Source: Macrostomum lignano (Eukaryota). From it: 64,000 nt of DNA. The stretch covers positions 1 through 64,000 of the forward strand of contig NIVC01000859.1 in assembly GCA_002269645.1 (NCBI GenBank). Direction: 5' to 3'. Positions 59,346-64,000 of the stretch are shown here, one piece after another. Position 1 is the stretch's first letter, and each line of letters opens with the position of its first letter. A program made the translations under genes and the position numbers. The notes beneath the pieces are model-generated. The model did no database searches, was not told where the DNA came from, and saw only the letters and a list, made by a program, of their open reading frames with translations.

Positions 59346-59542
59346 AGTTTTATTTGCTTGGCTCCAATCGTTTTTGCACTGGCGTTGCAGTAGGCAAAAC
59401 TGAGCTATAAAAATCTATAGTGATGCGCAAGAGAGGGTGCAGTGATACTTAAATCTCTTGTGCGTCTTCGGTACTGTCTATGGTAGCATGTGGTGCGCTG
59501 ACAGCTGTAGCTATTGTTCACTCTTCAAATAGCAGCAGTAAT

Positions 59543-60097
59543 CTAAATAAATTTGGGACACCTGAAGTACAGCGCATATCCACCATCAGAAATTGGTGGC
59601 AAAATGAGTTGCAGTCCTCCTTGCCAGCTACTCAAAACATTCGCGGCTACATTGTTTGGCTGCTGCTGCTGGGTTGAGCCAGGCAGTTCCATCTCAGCGG
59701 GCAGCTTAGTGAAGCCGGTCTGCTGCATCTTGGCGGGCAGCTGGGCGAAGTCGGTCTGCTGGATGCAGGTGCCGGTGGTGACTTCTTCGCCAATGATGAC
59801 GAAATCCTCTTCATCCTTACCATCGAGGCCTACGTCTTTCTCCTCCGAGATGTCGCTGATATGCGGGTCATTAATTCGGAGAGTCTTGTCCTTGATCTCA
59901 GGACGACGACGATGAGAGCCAGTTGGCTGCTCAAATACATCCTGCTGCCGACTTGGTTGTACAACCAAGTCGTCATCGCTGTTGCTGCAGGCCTCTCTCA
60001 CCTCCTCGATAACTTGGCTTAAAGCCTGCCGAGTTGCCTCCCCATCGGCCGCCAGCTGCTGTGCCTTCTGCATTACCATGCGCCTCAGATTGCACAT
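59543..60097 (-). CDS. Orphan 184-aa acidic ORF
   Basis: Open frame with no recognised domain; may be non-coding or an exon. Confidence 0.2.
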   Translation of the reverse strand: MCNLRRMVMQKAQQLAADGEATRQALSQVIEEVREACSNSDDDLVVQPSRQQDVFEQPTGSHRRRPEIKDKTLRINDPHISDISEEKDVGLDGKDEEDFVIIGEEVTTGTCIQQTDFAQLPAKMQQTGFTKLPAEMELPGSTQQQQPNNVAANVLSSWQGGLQLILPPISDGGYALYFRCPKFI

Positions 60098-61288
60098 GCC
60101 TCCATCTCCACTGGGCAGTTGCTGGTGTTGTGAGCCCCGTCCTCCGGAGCAACGCCTACAGCTTTAACCTGTCGGGAAGCTGCGACCCCCAGGTCCCCAG
60201 TCAGAGCTCCCGTCCCGCGCCCTAGGGAGAAGCAGAAAAAGGACAGTAACTCGCGAACACGAACTTACACCCCGTAGCCGATGCAGTTCGCCGTGCACTT
60301 TTTATGGTAGATCGACGAGTCGTTTTATTCAATAGCCAACGGAGGCGGACCAACGCGCGCAAGGGAGGAGTCTGCCCTCCAGACAGCGACTATATATTTT
60401 TCATTGGTCCTACGCGTACATGAATATACCTTAAGAACAAATGTACGGTACAGCAGGGGAGGTGGGGCGGGGTGGCGTGATCGGCGTACGCATTCATTAT
60501 TGATTGGAGGGGTAGGGCAGACTGGAAGGTTGGGGCGGGCAGGAGGGCGAGAAAGGGCACGATTGCACAACTCTGGTGTCCACTGTGCCCTCGCAGCGTT
60601 TCGAGTTTAACTGTACGTTTTTTTATAACCCCGAGCTGCTGTGAGCTGGCCCACAGCAACTTTGTGGCAGTTAAGACAAACCTCGAATTGAGCACAGTTG
60701 CTGCTTTTTGTTTTCATTGTAGCAGATTTAAATTCAGAAAAACACGAAATTCACTACTTTTCAGTCGTCTAGGGAACACAATTTGGGTTTTCAAAAACTA
60801 CCAAATTGGGGGTTTATATAGCTGCAAAAGTTTATTAATAATAATACGAGCTGTTTACTATCTTTGTTATATTTATTTAACATTTGCTATCAATGTCCAT
60901 TTTATTTTTTCAGCATAGCCCACCCTTTCAGAGTTCAACCAAAAAACAAACATTTCCACCCTATCCTCTACTACATTGCGAACTCCCACCCCTCCTTTCG
61001 ATTAGCGGTCTGTTGTACATATTTTTGAAGTGCTGTCCCGGAAGGTTTCGCGAAGAAAACATTGGGCTACTGCCCGAGCCTATACTGGCCCATCATCCGG
61101 GTAGCATATTAGCTGGTTTTATGGCGTGGAAACCGCTGGAAAACCGGTACAACCCCCCGTCCAGGTGGTCAAGTCAGCCAACTCTTTATCTAGAGCAGCG
61201 TCATGAACATGGGACCAGCCGGGACTGCCGGGCGGATGCCTGAAACTGGTCCGGACGTTACCGAACGCCGGAGCCACCAACACGCTAA

Positions 61289-62205
61289 CTACTCTCTCCG
61301 ATTACGACCTTCAACCTGCGCAAAATTAATCCCAGTCCTCTTTCTGAAAACCTCCGCGCACCAGACCGAGCCTTCTAGAACTCTGACCGAGGCCAGCCTC
61401 CTAGACTCGAGCGGTACGCCCATCTTCTTAAGCCACTCATCAGTCTTCTTTTCACAACATCCCCTCCAGTTCCAAACCAAACCAATCACGCTCTGGGCAC
61501 CTGGGCCCGCCACCTTCGCGACCTCAGTCGCAAGACCCTCGTCTGAATAATATTTGCTTTTATTGTCCCTAGCAAGGGCCATAGGCCTCGCTCCTCTGTC
61601 CGCACAGATCGTAACGTCAGCAATCCAAACCTTCTCCTTATAAAATATTATTAAATCAGGTCGTCTATGCCCCCTAGGAGTCGCAAAAGACTTTTCCTTC
61701 AAAACACTGAACCCAAGACGCTCTAACTGGCTCGCAATGAACTCTACCATCCTATCGTGCCTCGCCCCTCTCTTATCCCAAGTCCTGTTGCACTGCTGCA
61801 GAATATGCCCCAATCCCTCAATTTGCCTGCACCCTGCATCACACAGAGGCGCTTGCCTCCTACCTCTGGACGCACAAGCTGCAGTCGACCAAACATTCCA
61901 TCTAATTTTCAGACATTTGATGTACATCTCATCTGTGAGCAGGGACGAACCGTCAGTCACCCAAGAGTGGACTTGTGGACGTCCGCTGCTTCACCCAAGC
62001 CAAAGCCGTCAAGGTTAACTAACAACTTATTTTTCCAGAACACCCTATAATCAGCTCTATCGTTAAAACTGGTCTGCGCACCTTTGAGTTGGAATCGCTT
62101 ACGAATGGCAGGTAGTTGGGCTAAGTCACGGACCAATGCGTCCGGAACCTCTTCGAGGCTCACCAACTTCTGCCATTTGTACATAGGAACGAGCGTAAGT
62201 AAATA
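61289..62205 (-). mobile_element. Second 5'-truncated R2-like element: RT C-terminus and endonuclease
   Basis: DGSSL..KCLKIR..CDAGCRQIEGLGHILQQC..RH..RRPDLII..IADVTI; clearly related to 50418-51100. Confidence 0.92.
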
Positions 62206-62214
62206 AGACAAGAC

Positions 62215-62871
62215 AAGTCAGTTAACGTTTATTAATGTGAATAACGGTCACAGGCCGATCCTAAATTATCATTTAAAGCTCAACTGGTGTCGCAGTAACA
62301 AGCCCTAAGCCTTATTAGGTGTCAATTTAATGTTGCCCAAACAGCGTAGGTTGTAAGCCACGAGACCGAATCCAGACGGTGTTGAAGGTCTAGCGTGCTG
62401 TCGACACAGTAGCCTGCGGCAGTCTTAATGAGCAATGGCAGCTGCAACGAATGTTTGCTTGTAGGTTATCCCTAGGAAAAACGTCTAGCGAATCTGCCTA
62501 AGCTAGTTCGTCTAGGAAAAGTGTCTGGGAATACTAGCTCTTGCTCGAAGTCAAGCAGGCGGTCTCCGAAGGATCGGACGATGGTCTCTTTTGGGCCCTC
62601 ACCTACTCCGTATTTATACTAAAATCGGGGGCTCAGGGCCAATAGGAGGCTCAGAGGCAGTTTCGTGGCAGATCCTGTGGCAGTTCCGTGGACTACCTGG
62701 AGCCAGGAACGATCTCGGAGATCTCCATAAGACATCTTCCTCATCACGAGGCCTCCGCATGGCCTACTGGTACACTGCTTGCATGTTGCAGCATGCAAGG
62801 AGTGTACCCCCAAAATCCCACAGGAGCCTACCCCGGTCGGAGAGCTATGCTCTCGTTCCCGCTGACTAACA
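62215..62871 (-). mobile_element. Possible solo LTR
   Basis: Minus strand begins TGTTAGTCAG, contains CCAAT-type, TATAAAT and AATAAA motifs in order, and ends ..ctgact. No TSD found. Confidence 0.3.
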
Positions 62872-64000
62872 AAGACTCTACTAAAAGGAATGTCCCACTG
62901 ACTAATGTTCTATTTTAGCCCATTGCAGCCTGCGCCAGGGGGAGAGGGGGAGAGAGTCTCTCTCCCTGTCCCGCGACAGCTGCACACCCGAGCCTGCACA
63001 AGGGATGGGGAGGAAGGGAAGGGCGCGCTGAAAGCGCACAGACCCTATACCCAGCTCCCAGAGCTACAGCTCAAACACTAACTAACTATGACTAAGCGGG
63101 TATCCAAGGAGCAGCCTATGCTAACTATGCTGGATCACCACACTATATTGAACGTTTCTGCTGTAAACATTTACGGGAACTGAATATTTAGTTCAGTGCT
63201 GCACTAAAGCTATTCCCAGAATTTCATGCCTTGTTTTGCTCAAGATAACCCCACCCCACTCCAACGGACTCCTTTATCACCGCCAACCACCCCAAGACCC
63301 ACAACACCCCTGTTAAATCGACTAACTCTTCGAAACCGAAAAATAACTAAGTAGGCAAAAATCGGATGCTTGTAGGCTTCAATACCTCTGCGTTCTCGCG
63401 CAGGCAAATAAAACAACCAAGTTAGCAAAAAAACACGCTGACCAAAAATCACGCCCTTTTTAATTATTATTTAACGTGGGGTGGGGTTAGCAAATCGAGG
63501 GGGGTTGGCTCATGTACATTAAATAAAGAGCAAATACATGTACAATTAAATAAGTAAAACCCCAAAAATATGACAAAAAATGAACCTCCAGAACATTCCC
63601 CCCTTCCTGATTGGGGCCAATCAGCAAAAAAGCAGAAAAAAAATTGCCTCCTTGAAACTTACGTGCAATTAATTGAAACGGTTGCAAGCATAATTCGAAA
63701 AAACAGTAAACTCCTGTAAACAAAAAAATAAATCGCGCGAAATCAGAAATTAACATTAAGAACGCATGCAATGTGAAGTGTCAATTGGGATCAAAAGATA
63801 GTGTGCCAAATATAAACCTTTGCAATCGCTGGCCAACACAAAAAATCTCTGCTAAGAAACGAACACAAACGAACTCAAAGATGCTCAAACGATAATTAGT
63901 GAAATAACACGGGATGAAAAATGTCTTGAAAACTTAAATAATCCCTACTGTAAACATATGAAAAAATCAAAGCACAAAAACTGCCAAAAGAACTCGCATT

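Overview
Repeat-dense eukaryotic genomic DNA, most likely from an invertebrate animal (host not identifiable from sequence alone). No rRNA, tRNA or CRISPR was seen. Bases 1-~9.7 kb are a compact, nearly complete Polinton/Maverick (adintovirus-like) endogenous virus. It carries protein-primed PolB, rve integrase-chromodomain, penton, basic core protein, double-jelly-roll capsid, adenain protease, A32-like ATPase and two conserved small genes. It also carries an unusual accessory set: a two-repeat TATA-binding-protein (TBP) homolog, a tandem PC4/Sub1-like protein and a DEDD-like nuclease. A diverged, broken second copy of the nuclease-TBP pair lies at 55.7-56.7 kb. A second, AT-rich, scrambled Polinton lies at 37.6-47.5 kb, interrupted by head-to-tail satellite-laden Helitrons and a foldback element. 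The rest is a TE graveyard: piggyBac, two mariners, hAT-type MITEs, RTE-like, RNase H-bearing and two R2-like LINEs, Gypsy, DIRS/Ngaro gag, and a Pif1 helicase next to a SETD8-like gene. There are many minisatellites and one Tudor-domain exon. All family calls are by-eye motif recognition; no database search was run.
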